DNA from: a virus
Lineage: Duplodnaviria > Caudoviricetes
Direction: 5' to 3' (one strand)
Length of the DNA: 64,000 nucleotides
IMG/VR virus record: IMGVR_UViG_3300014204_000177
Location: 5,761 to 69,760 of that record
Shown: positions 38,231 through 46,817 of the stretch, piece by piece
How positions within the stretch are numbered: position 1 is the first letter of the stretch
How the letters are laid out: every line of letters begins with the position of its first letter
Notes under the pieces: generated by a model
The model's database searches: none
What the model was told of the DNA's origin: nothing
The model's input: only the letters and a program-made list of their open reading frames with translations
Position numbers and translations under genes: made by a program

Positions 38231-38278
38231 AGGGGGTTTTGCCCACCCCCTTAGTTTAGTGTAGGGGAAGCAGATTAA

Positions 38279-38695
38279 ATGACAGTAGAGTTACATACGG
38301 GAGATTTTGATAATCAATGTTTTAATAATTTTCAACGACATGACTTGCTGATCAATCAAAACGTAACGGACATTAAAGATATGCAGTTATCCATGAAGGG
38401 TATTCCTGAACAGCTACAGTATATGAACAAACAAATCGAAGAAATGTGCAGACTAATGCGAGATGGCGAAGCACGATACCTACGCAAAGAGGAATTCAAT
38501 CTGGATAAAAAATCCATATGTGATGATATCGCCCAAAACAAAATAGATATAGCCAAGTTTGTGAAGGATGCAAAGGACGATATTGACAAGATTACTAAAA
38601 AAATCGAAGGGTTCTATGTTTGGACATTAGCCACATTATCAGCGGCCCTACTGGGATTAATTATATTCCTTATTCAAGGACATATGAAGGTGTAA
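38279..38695 (+). CDS. coiled-coil protein with C-terminal TM helix (lysis-cassette associated)
   Basis: C-terminal hydrophobic segment; first gene of the lysis region. Confidence 0.55.
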   Translation: MTVELHTGDFDNQCFNNFQRHDLLINQNVTDIKDMQLSMKGIPEQLQYMNKQIEEMCRLMRDGEARYLRKEEFNLDKKSICDDIAQNKIDIAKFVKDAKDDIDKITKKIEGFYVWTLATLSAALLGLIIFLIQGHMKV

Positions 38696-38696
38696 C

Positions 38697-38978
38697 ATGG
38701 GAACATTAAAAGACTGGAAGAAGGGTATATTCTTCGTCAACGGCGAACCTAGCCGGACCTCCCTATTTCTCTTCACGTTTTTCATCATAGCAGTTGTTGG
38801 TCTATTACGGGTAATATTCTTCAATGTGGAACTTACCACCAATATGAAAGACCTTTTGGAATTTATAATTGCTATGGTAATACTTGGTAAAGTCAGTGAC
38901 ACAACCATCGACAGAATGTTTAATTCCCCTAGTCCTCCTATAAAGAAAAACCCAACCGGAGGTGAAGGAGGTGTCTAA
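38697..38978 (+). CDS. putative holin
   Basis: Two TM segments, charged C-terminus, precedes the endolysin. Confidence 0.6.
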   Translation: MGTLKDWKKGIFFVNGEPSRTSLFLFTFFIIAVVGLLRVIFFNVELTTNMKDLLEFIIAMVILGKVSDTTIDRMFNSPSPPIKKNPTGGEGGV

Positions 38979-39318
38979 GTATTTTGCGCTTGATGAATTT
39001 GCTTGTCACTGTGGTTGCGGCTTTAATTCTATTAATCCCTTGTTACTGGCGCTCATGGACGATATCCGAGAGAAAGCTGGCGTACCTATTATCGTTACGT
39101 CTGGTTGTCGATGCGAATACTGGAATCGGCATGAGGGCGGTGAGGAAAATAGTCAGCACCTATACGGTAATGCTTGCGATTTTACTTGCGAGGAAATCAG
39201 CATGGAACAGCTCGCTCAATGGGCCGAAGAATTGCAAGCTGATGGAGTGGGTAGATATTCGACATGGATTCACGCAGATTGTAGAGAGGGGCGCACCGGA
39301 GGAAAGTATCGTTGGTAA
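38962..39318 (+). CDS. peptidase M15A-family endolysin
   Basis: FACHCGCG, VTSGCRC, SQHLYGNACD, GVGRYSTWIHADCR...RW. Confidence 0.9.
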   Translation: MKEVSKYFALDEFACHCGCGFNSINPLLLALMDDIREKAGVPIIVTSGCRCEYWNRHEGGEENSQHLYGNACDFTCEEISMEQLAQWAEELQADGVGRYSTWIHADCREGRTGGKYRW

Positions 39319-39328
39319 TAAATTACCA

Positions 39329-39357
39329 TTGACAAAATAATTTATTTATGATATAAT
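39329..39357 (+). promoter_or_regulatory. sigmaA-type promoter of the HNH gene
   Basis: TTGACA-17 bp-TATAAT. Confidence 0.8.
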
Positions 39358-39360
39358 AAT

Positions 39361-39446
39361 ATGGGATAGTTCTGTTTAGCTAACAGTACGATAAAGGCAA
39401 CTTCGCGCCCTTCCCATTATAAATTTTGCGAAGTTAAGCGAAGGAG
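39361..39446 (+). promoter_or_regulatory. structured RNA leader (candidate pseudoknot) upstream of HNH
   Basis: ATGGGA/TCCCAT, CTGTT/AACAG and GGC/GCC helices; loop AACTTCGC complementary to GCGAAGTT next to the RBS. Confidence 0.5.
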
Positions 39447-39452
39447 ATTATT

Positions 39453-39959
39453 ATGTCATTTCCAAGAAGATTAAACCAATATACCCATTATGAAAATTAT
39501 ACTATCGGAAAAGCCTTTAATACTGGGGTAGAATTTATCATTGATAAAGAAGATTTTAATAAAATTTGTCATTATACGTGGCGCGAAAATCATCATGGAT
39601 ATATCGAAACCAAAATAAATCATGGCTCAAAAAGAATATTTATTCATAGAATAATTATGGGAATAGAAAATGTCGATTGGAAAATTGAACAATGTGACCA
39701 TATTGACAGAGATAAAAGAAACAATAGAAAAAGTAATCTTCGTATTTGTTCTTTTAGTGTAAATCAAATTAATAAATATCCAAGGAAAGATAATATCACA
39801 GGGACGACTGGCATCACTTATGATAAAAGGTGTAAGAATAGTTGGAGGGCGTACATAAATTATAATGGGAAAAGAATATATTCTAGTGTAGTTGCTACTA
39901 AAGAAGAATGTATTAAGGAGAGGATAATACTTGAAAACAAATATTACCCCGATTTATGA
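39453..39959 (+). CDS. HNH-AP2-type free-standing homing endonuclease
   Basis: IHRIIM...DHIDRDKRNNRKSNLR...N; AP2-like WRAYI; AT-richer than neighbours. Confidence 0.88.
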   Translation: MSFPRRLNQYTHYENYTIGKAFNTGVEFIIDKEDFNKICHYTWRENHHGYIETKINHGSKRIFIHRIIMGIENVDWKIEQCDHIDRDKRNNRKSNLRICSFSVNQINKYPRKDNITGTTGITYDKRCKNSWRAYINYNGKRIYSSVVATKEECIKERIILENKYYPDL

Positions 39960-39962
39960 CAG

Positions 39963-40379
39963 ATGGTAAACGATTATTTTCTTGGTTTAGCGCAACAGGC
40001 ATCAGAGATTTGTGGCATAGACTATCGCTGGATTTACAGTCAATGGGTACACGAAAGCACTAACGTCGATACTGGGGTACCATTTGAATCAGAACTGGCG
40101 ATTGATAACCATAATCTAGCAGGACTGACCCAGTTTGAAGACAATGGTTGCCCACAACCAGATGGTAGATTTTACTATATCAACTTCCCTACATATGAGG
40201 CATACGCCAATTACTTTGGGAGGTACATAAAAAAATACTACCCAGAAACCCTTTCTGCACAAACTATTCCAGAATATGCAGAAGCGTTAAAAAATGGGCA
40301 GTATTTCGGCGACACATTAGAGAACTATATTTCAGGCATGGAGAATGCTTTTAAGGAGGCGTTTGAAAATGGCATGTAA
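39963..40379 (+). CDS. glucosaminidase (GH73-like) cell-wall hydrolase
   Basis: QWVHES, NHNLAGL, Y--FPTYEAY, YAEALKNGQYF. Confidence 0.75.
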   Translation: MVNDYFLGLAQQASEICGIDYRWIYSQWVHESTNVDTGVPFESELAIDNHNLAGLTQFEDNGCPQPDGRFYYINFPTYEAYANYFGRYIKKYYPETLSAQTIPEYAEALKNGQYFGDTLENYISGMENAFKEAFENGM

Positions 40380-40402
40380 GAAGGGAAAGAAGGGTCGATA
40401 AG

Positions 40403-40771
40403 TTGAATGAAAATGCGAAAAATTATATCATCGTTATTGCTTTGTGTATTATTGTTGGTCTATCCGGGTACTTGCTCGGCGGCTACATACACTCTAACGG
40501 AACAGGAAATGACGCGATTGGAGCAAATTATCAGCGAGTCCAGACAGACCTTAGAAATCTCGACACTAAGCTTGACGGAATCTCAAAAACAGTTATTGAA
40601 AGTGCAGGGCGAATTGAATCTAGCGCGGCAAGAATTGAACGAAGTCAAAACGATATTGGTGAAGTTGAACAGCGAATTGGTGCAGACAAGGCTAGACTTG
40701 AAGCAAGCAAACGAGGACTTGACGAAGCTCAATCAATCCTTCAGAGATCGCGAGAAAGAGCTAAACAGTAA
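40403..40771 (+). CDS. i-spanin-like (Rz-like) protein
   Basis: N-terminal TM helix followed by a coiled coil. Confidence 0.65.
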   Translation: MNENAKNYIIVIALCIIVGLSGYLLGGYIHSNGTGNDAIGANYQRVQTDLRNLDTKLDGISKTVIESAGRIESSAARIERSQNDIGEVEQRIGADKARLEASKRGLDEAQSILQRSRERAKQ

Positions 40772-40853
40772 GATCAGTTCTCTTAAAGGAGAAAGGTTAC
40801 TCTGGCAAATCTTGGGTATCGGCATGGTTGGCTTAAAGATTGCTGGAAAGTAA
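40407..40853 (+). CDS. second spanin-like protein overlapping in the +1 frame
   Basis: Signal peptide (…CSA|ATY), long leucine heptad coiled coil, hydrophobic C-terminus. Confidence 0.65.
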   Translation: MKMRKIISSLLLCVLLLVYPGTCSAATYTLTEQEMTRLEQIISESRQTLEISTLSLTESQKQLLKVQGELNLARQELNEVKTILVKLNSELVQTRLDLKQANEDLTKLNQSFRDREKELNSKISSLKGERLLWQILGIGMVGLKIAGK

Positions 40854-40874
40854 ATTTAAGGAGAGTGCAGTATA

Positions 40875-41234
40875 GTGGGAGTTCAAAGAACTTTTGCAGA
40901 CTTCAGAGTTTCAGAGGTAACAATTTCGAGTGGTGGGACACTCAGTACGGCATTGGATATGACAGGTCACTCATATGTGGCTATTGAAATTCCCAGTACG
41001 TTTACCGGGACGGTTGTATCATTCAAGGCATCTATATCAGCAGATGGGACTTTCTATCCGGTCTATGATCAGGATGGTTCGGAAGTCTTAGCCACGGTAA
41101 AATCAGCCGGGGGTACCTTCGTGCAGAACTATCACCAGTTGTGTATGCTCCGGCATCTTAAACTGGGGTCCGGCCCTGCTACGGCGGCTGTTACCCAAAC
41201 GGCAGATGTAACCATTAAGGTCTTGATGAAATAA
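40875..41234 (+). CDS. hypothetical beta-sandwich virion-type protein
   Basis: 119 aa, GTG start behind AGGAG RBS. Confidence 0.55.
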   Translation: MGVQRTFADFRVSEVTISSGGTLSTALDMTGHSYVAIEIPSTFTGTVVSFKASISADGTFYPVYDQDGSEVLATVKSAGGTFVQNYHQLCMLRHLKLGSGPATAAVTQTADVTIKVLMK

Positions 41235-42424
41235 TGAAAGTCCAAGATATGGGGAGTGGACTGCCTAGATCACAGTTGCTACTGTTGTCAAATATCCCCA
41301 AGAATACTGTAGGTGTCAATTTCGCATTTGCTACCCCGATCATCAGCGAAATGAGTAATACCTCCGGTACAACTTATATGTCGCTTACCTCCACAGCAAC
41401 CCATTACCTTAGTATGTGTGGGTTAATGACATACAATAGTAATATTATAGTCAATATCACCCCGGTGAATAGTAGGCGGTTTATGCTTGGTTCCTCTTCA
41501 TCCCGGTTCGCCATTTTCGATACAACGACAACTGCGGTAATCACTTTCGGCGGGAATGCTATCACGGCATCAGTCACGAATAATGGAGACGGCAGTTATA
41601 AGCTGATATTGAGTGTAGATATCGGTGGTGGAGATTCCAGATTGTGGTTACTACCGGATACCGCGACTGCCTACGCCACAGCTTCACATGCCGGGGATGC
41701 AACCAAAGGCTTCACACTGGGGCAATATCAAATTAATCCAACCACCGCCACGGTTACTTATGCAACACCTACCGGAATACCGGGGATTTTACAGGACTAT
41801 AGCGGGAAAGGAAACAATGGCGCTCTAGGTGCAACGACTGCGGCAGAGACTACGGACCCGATTTACTGTAATGGTTACATGGCATTCTTTACGGCTGGCG
41901 CTCAATCAATTTCATTTGGAAGACCCGCCCAGTTGGAACGCAGTTTACCATTCTCATTTAATGGTGCTTTCTACCTGACAGAAGATAATACCTATGATGC
42001 TATATTATCCAAATGTACATCAAAAGATACAGCGACCAGTACCGCCAGTCTTGGTTTTGCCTTGGTAAAGACTTCAGCTAACGTAACCACACTATTAGCA
42101 TATGGGGTTACTGGTGGGTGTACGGTAGTCACCTCTTCAGCAATCGTCACAGGTTGGCATTACCTAGCAGGAGGGTGGGATGGCACCTCACTTAATCTAC
42201 GCATTAATAGCGTGGTTTATAGTGCCGTGGCTATGGCAAACTACGCACCGGATGTAGCCAACAATTTGACATTTGGTAAAATTTCCTACTCAGCGTCCAC
42301 CTATCTGACAGGTTGGTTGGGTGCATTAACAGTATATGGCAAATATAATAAGTTCCATTTTGAACGACAGGTCTATAAGACTCTGAAAAAGCAAATGGCA
42401 ACGGCTGGTATAACAATTCCATAA
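41234..42424 (+). CDS. LamG/concanavalin-like lectin-domain protein (receptor-binding candidate)
   Basis: DYSGKGNNG, GWHYLAGGWDG--L-L-IN, LTFG...W-G-L motifs. Confidence 0.7.
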   Translation: MKVQDMGSGLPRSQLLLLSNIPKNTVGVNFAFATPIISEMSNTSGTTYMSLTSTATHYLSMCGLMTYNSNIIVNITPVNSRRFMLGSSSSRFAIFDTTTTAVITFGGNAITASVTNNGDGSYKLILSVDIGGGDSRLWLLPDTATAYATASHAGDATKGFTLGQYQINPTTATVTYATPTGIPGILQDYSGKGNNGALGATTAAETTDPIYCNGYMAFFTAGAQSISFGRPAQLERSLPFSFNGAFYLTEDNTYDAILSKCTSKDTATSTASLGFALVKTSANVTTLLAYGVTGGCTVVTSSAIVTGWHYLAGGWDGTSLNLRINSVVYSAVAMANYAPDVANNLTFGKISYSASTYLTGWLGALTVYGKYNKFHFERQVYKTLKKQMATAGITIP

Positions 42425-42430
42425 ATGACT

Positions 42431-42458
42431 AAAGGGAGGCGCAAGCCTCCCCTTTTTT
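42431..42458. terminator. terminator at the convergence of late and replication transcription
   Basis: GGGAGGC-GCAA-GCCTCCC followed by a T-run and preceded by AAA. Confidence 0.85.
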
Positions 42459-42508
42459 GTGTCTTTTTATGAAAATAACGACCTCCTAGGAAGCCCGTAG
42501 AGCCACGT

Positions 42509-42946
42509 TTATGTAGGGGCCTTTACGTTCTTACCTAGCTTTTTTGCTTGCTTGACTTCCTGTTTCCGGTACTGGTCCATTTCATAAATTACATCGGTCA
42601 ATGCCGCTGTAGAGTATTCCATTTCCCTTAATATGGAGGTTCTTAATGCAAATTGTGTATCACATGATAACTGTTCCGACTGGTCCATAGCAATATCCAA
42701 AACATGACGGGTATGAATATGCAACAGTTCATGTAAAATAGCTTTCTCTTGTTCCTCTACATTAAACCCATCAAAGAAATTTGACGCAATCCGAATCCAC
42801 GCTATATGATCGAAATGCGCCGAACGCATATCCGCTAGGGCATCTTCCCCGGCAGGTTCTTTAAGTATGTGAACGGTCCAATGTTGAAGGTGTAATACCT
42901 TACTCCAATAAACTACGCTTTTCCCAATATCTTTCATATTCTTCAT
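42509..42946 (-). CDS. HExxH metallopeptidase-like protein
   Basis: ILHELLHIH motif. Confidence 0.6.
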   Translation of the reverse strand: MKNMKDIGKSVVYWSKVLHLQHWTVHILKEPAGEDALADMRSAHFDHIAWIRIASNFFDGFNVEEQEKAILHELLHIHTRHVLDIAMDQSEQLSCDTQFALRTSILREMEYSTAALTDVIYEMDQYRKQEVKQAKKLGKNVKAPT

Positions 42947-43542
42947 ATCAGATTCTTACGATCATCCTTTTGCGGATAGTGCTGTATCGTATACAACAAC
43001 ATGATCACATTGGCTCCCGCATGGGCGATATGCGATAACCCGGATTCCGGGTCTTTATCTTCACCGTCCATGAAAGCGTATAGGTGACGTAGCGCCGAAC
43101 CGATCAACTTACTCCACTTCATTCCTTTTTGGTAATTCCCCCTACCGTACTTCCCGGCACCGTATTGGAAGACTCTGGCAATATCAGCCAAAGGTCCGAA
43201 CGGCAACCATTGCAGTTCCGGCTTGTCAGTATCAAAATGTCCGGCATCATCAGCTTCTTCCGGTTTACCATGCAGGATATCGCGAGAAAAGTATTCTTGC
43301 TTCAGTGGTTTCTGAGCAATCATAAAACAAGCCGGATGATACCAACCATCATTCCAGTATGCCGCCGTACCAACTTCAATCGTATCGCCACAAGCCGAAC
43401 ATTTTCTTGGTACTGCCGGACCCCCCACTACACATTTTTCTTCGTGTCTAATATCAACAGGTTCGCACCCTTCCCACGATGGTACATCATGTCCTCTATG
43501 TCCCGGCATTTCAATCACCCCAATGCAAATTAATATATTCAC
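42943..43542 (-). CDS. dATP/dGTP diphosphohydrolase-like (DUF5664) with N-terminal Zn finger
   Basis: FQYGAGKYGRGNYQKG...SALRHL...GEDKDPESGLSHIAHA; CSAC...HPAC. Confidence 0.85.
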   Translation of the reverse strand: MNILICIGVIEMPGHRGHDVPSWEGCEPVDIRHEEKCVVGGPAVPRKCSACGDTIEVGTAAYWNDGWYHPACFMIAQKPLKQEYFSRDILHGKPEEADDAGHFDTDKPELQWLPFGPLADIARVFQYGAGKYGRGNYQKGMKWSKLIGSALRHLYAFMDGEDKDPESGLSHIAHAGANVIMLLYTIQHYPQKDDRKNLI

Positions 43543-43966
43543 AGACTTCCTTCAGATTATCAGTAGTGAAAATCTTAACCGAAGCATGGACCAACCAAGG
43601 ATGGTTGACATACTTTTCGGTTGTCCAAATCACTACTGGTTTACCGATAGAACGGGCGTAGAAAATTTCACTGGACGTTCCAATATAATTATAGGTATCG
43701 CTACGCATTTCGGCAAGCAGTACGTCACAGCGTTGAATATCGCGCAGGTCACTGATTACAATTTCGTTGGCACCCAAGGTTTTATCTCCCTGATAACTGC
43801 CGCCGTCATACGCTCGACGCAGTTTACCGTTTCGGAAAGGATTGATACAGGTGTTGTCGTAATTGAAAAATTCTCGTTCAGCTTCGCTACGCCATTTTTC
43901 GGCATACTCCAAACCCATACCTCCACCACCAGCTAAATATATTTTCAAACTTGTATACACCTCCAC
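43511..43966 (-). CDS. nucleoside 2-deoxyribosyltransferase-like protein
   Basis: KIYLAG, INPF, DLRDIQRCDVLL, IGTSSEIFYA...KPVV. Confidence 0.8.
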   Translation of the reverse strand: MEVYTSLKIYLAGGGGMGLEYAEKWRSEAEREFFNYDNTCINPFRNGKLRRAYDGGSYQGDKTLGANEIVISDLRDIQRCDVLLAEMRSDTYNYIGTSSEIFYARSIGKPVVIWTTEKYVNHPWLVHASVKIFTTDNLKEVCEYINLHWGD

Positions 43967-44394
43967 GATTTACCAAGCAACAATCTAGAAATAGATTCTT
44001 GACTACAATTAAATTGTTCTCCTATTTCTCTTTGTGAGAATCCTTTTTGGTATAATTCTTTAATTACTGGAATATCAGATGGTATTAGTTTATGCGTCTG
44101 AACTCTTTCACCTGAGATACCCCTACCTTTATTATCTCTATCGGCAGAATTATCTTTTGCGGTTCCCACAAATAAATGTTCTGGATTAACACATGATGGA
44201 TTATCACATTTATGCAAAACCCACAACCCTTGTGGTATTTCGCCTATAAATATTTGATAACTGATTCTATGTGCCATATCATTACGACGAAGAGAGTTAA
44301 TCCAAAACTTACCATATCCATCTTTGTCTGTATTTCCAGTCCATTCCCAACAATCGTCAGTTTGATAAATTTTACTTAAAAATCTTTTCTTCAT
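43945..44394 (-). CDS. HNH homing endonuclease with C-terminal HTH
   Basis: CWEW, GYG, AHRISY, VLHKCDNPSCVNPEHL--GT--DN. Confidence 0.9.
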   Translation of the reverse strand: MKKRFLSKIYQTDDCWEWTGNTDKDGYGKFWINSLRRNDMAHRISYQIFIGEIPQGLWVLHKCDNPSCVNPEHLFVGTAKDNSADRDNKGRGISGERVQTHKLIPSDIPVIKELYQKGFSQREIGEQFNCSQESISRLLLGKSWRCIQV

Positions 44395-45164
44395 TAAGTT
44401 TGAATTCCTGTCGGCAATTCCACGGTGATATTCTTCAAGTCAGCATTCAATGTGACTATCGGGCATCCCATAGTTTTAGGGCTCATACCCTTCATCACAC
44501 TATATTTCTCGCGGCCTTGGTAACTGGCAGAACATACATAGTGTCGGACTACTGGGACCATGTTGCCGTGGATAATATCTCGCCGGAAGAACACGCCGGG
44601 GAACTGTGTTGCCCAGTGCGTATGTCCCATAAAGTATACATCAGCGTCACAAATGTTTGACATGCGATACAAAGAGTTGGAGATCGCCCCAATCGTTTGG
44701 GCATTGCTTGTACCATGCAGTCCGTAGAAATTCCATACGGCAGGATTGCCCCATTTATCTTCACCGACTGCGATACGGAATGAACATTCATCAGGGAAAT
44801 AGTGGATATTCAAAAACTTACATAAGTCTAATATAGGATTCGCGTCTTCCTTACTTCGGTTCTCATGGTTACCTCTACAACCGCCGATAATTTGTGGGGC
44901 TATAGGACGTAGCAATTCTTCCGCTACATATTTCTGTTGCCCCGGTGGAATTGATTGCGCATAGGTATCGCCAACGGAAGCTTCGATATCGTAAGTCAAT
45001 ACGTCACCATGAAGGACTACCCTAGCGAAAGGGTCAGCCAAGATTCGCTCTCGATCTTCCATAAACTGTTTTTTAGCCCACTGGTTACAACCAATGTGTA
45101 AATCTGACATAAGGTATATGTGAGCTTCCTGATTCGGTATACTCCCGGCATTAAATAGCTCCAT
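44394..45164 (-). CDS. calcineurin-like metallophosphoesterase
   Basis: SDLHIG, HGD, GNHE, LHG, MGHTH. Confidence 0.85.
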   Translation of the reverse strand: MELFNAGSIPNQEAHIYLMSDLHIGCNQWAKKQFMEDRERILADPFARVVLHGDVLTYDIEASVGDTYAQSIPPGQQKYVAEELLRPIAPQIIGGCRGNHENRSKEDANPILDLCKFLNIHYFPDECSFRIAVGEDKWGNPAVWNFYGLHGTSNAQTIGAISNSLYRMSNICDADVYFMGHTHWATQFPGVFFRRDIIHGNMVPVVRHYVCSASYQGREKYSVMKGMSPKTMGCPIVTLNADLKNITVELPTGIQT

Positions 45165-45338
45165 TTAGTCTATAAACTCCGGGTCAATTTTTGCAGTATA
45201 TTCGCAAGTAAAACCGGGATACTTTTCCAGTACCTTCATTAGATTTCTTGCGGATACGGTGTGATTCCCAAACACCAGTAAACCATCAATGTAGATATCC
45301 TGCCAATCATCGTTGACAAATTCAGATTTGATGTGCAT

Positions 45339-45764
45339 TTATTTCCTCCTATAGTAGAAGTTTGCTTCATTGTCTATCGGATATATGATAGATACATGCT
45401 TCATTTTATTAGCCCTATGCCGAATACGTTTGATATAGGTGGATACCGCCTGTTTAGAGATACCCAATATATCAGCTATTTGTTGCATGGTTAATTTATT
45501 CACAGCATACAGCCATATAATTTGACGATACTTCGGTGATAATTCGTTCATTAAGTCTACTAAAAATTGTCTGCGTTCTTGCCGATTTTCTTCTTCAATC
45601 ATTATTTCTTCGGGGGTTAATGGATTAACGACAGTACCCATAGGGGGTGGATTATTGTGGTTGCTCTCATAAGATCGCCACAGGTATTCCATTTGCCGGA
45701 TACCGTCTTGTTCGCTAATCTGTTGCGTTATTACTTGGTGGACAATAATCTGAATTCGGTCCAA
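45339..45764 (-). CDS. sigma-70 region-4-like HTH transcription factor
   Basis: LSPKYRQIIWL...TMQQIADILGISKQAVSTYIKR. Confidence 0.7.
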   Translation of the reverse strand: MDRIQIIVHQVITQQISEQDGIRQMEYLWRSYESNHNNPPPMGTVVNPLTPEEIMIEEENRQERRQFLVDLMNELSPKYRQIIWLYAVNKLTMQQIADILGISKQAVSTYIKRIRHRANKMKHVSIIYPIDNEANFYYRRK

Positions 45765-46050
45765 AAGTATGCCTTTTATCCGGTGGCGCTAAGAGTCCAC
45801 GTTCAGCCATTGTGGTAATCTTATCCGCTTTCCATTTACTTGATACGATAATGCCACCGTCAATATGTTTACCTTTTACTGGTTCTTTTTCTGCATTATG
45901 ACTTCCGGTATACCGTACATCGTGGGAGACAGACATAAAGTAAGCTTCGGCTTTATCTTTATCTCCATATACTCCCACATTAAAATATTCCCCACTATTG
46001 TTTAGATCAACCAGAAAGTAGTGGATTTGTTCCAGATGAACCGAGTCCAT
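45715..46050 (-). CDS. hypothetical protein
   Basis: ORF between dUTPase and the sigma-like gene. Confidence 0.45.
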   Translation of the reverse strand: MDSVHLEQIHYFLVDLNNSGEYFNVGVYGDKDKAEAYFMSVSHDVRYTGSHNAEKEPVKGKHIDGGIIVSSKWKADKITTMAERGLLAPPDKRHTFGPNSDYCPPSNNATD

Positions 46051-46462
46051 TTAATCCTCTTGCTGTATCTTCTACAACTGTTGCTTCTACCAGATTCACT
46101 GGGACTTTATTGACAATTTCTGCCTGTACAATCCGATCATTCTTTTCAATGGTTGCTGGCTTGTCACCGATATTATCAATCAGCGCACAAACTACGTTAC
46201 GGAATCCGGCATCAATCTTACCTACCCCGTTAGATAAACGGAGTTTTGTCTTTGCCGCAATACCAGAACGGATATACAGATTCATTACTTTGCCGGAAGG
46301 GATATTAAAGATCAATCCAGTAGGTACGATTGCCGACCCTCCCGGTGGAATGGTTACGCCTTGATAAGCGCACAGATCAAAACAGGCATCATCTTCGTGA
46401 TTGTAGCGCGGAGGGATAGCATCAGGCGCTACTCTGATATATGGTAAATTCATTGGTATCAT
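46007..46462 (-). CDS. dut: trimeric dUTPase
   Basis: ACFDL, RSG, GKIDAGF, RIVQ, RG--GLGSSG. Confidence 0.95.
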   Translation of the reverse strand: MIPMNLPYIRVAPDAIPPRYNHEDDACFDLCAYQGVTIPPGGSAIVPTGLIFNIPSGKVMNLYIRSGIAAKTKLRLSNGVGKIDAGFRNVVCALIDNIGDKPATIEKNDRIVQAEIVNKVPVNLVEATVVEDTARGLNGLGSSGTNPLLSG

Positions 46463-46815
46463 TTGGTTGCCTCCAAATATTCTATTTTCAAATTCTTATC
46501 CTGCATTAGTTCATCCACCCTACGCTGTATTTCACGTTCCATATCTACCACACCTTGTAGGGCAAACGATACTTTTAATTTATGCCAGTTCTTCCATTCC
46601 TTGGTTTGCATTAAACGTTCCAAGGCTATTTTTTTATTCTGAGACTGACTGCGTTCGGTTTCGGAATAACCAACTGCCCCACTTTCGATATGGGTGAGGC
46701 GAACAGCGGAAGAAGTTTTATTCTTCTTTTGTCCACCCTTCCCGCTACCGCGAGTGAATTCTAGTTTAAAATCATCCTTGGTTACAGAGAATAACAGTTT
46801 GCGTTCTTCTTGCAT
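46459..46815 (-). CDS. RF-1 domain peptidyl-tRNA hydrolase (ArfB/PrfH-like)
   Basis: FTRGSGKGGQKKNKTSSAVRLTH...RSQSQNK. Confidence 0.88.
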   Translation of the reverse strand: MQEERKLLFSVTKDDFKLEFTRGSGKGGQKKNKTSSAVRLTHIESGAVGYSETERSQSQNKKIALERLMQTKEWKNWHKLKVSFALQGVVDMEREIQRRVDELMQDKNLKIEYLEATK

Positions 46816-46817
46816 AA

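Noticed and set aside
38962-40379. Group I intron splitting one endolysin gene around the HNH
   Set aside because: The M15 gene ends naturally (...RW-stop), the glucosaminidase has its own start, the HNH has its own promoter, and no intron core was recognisable
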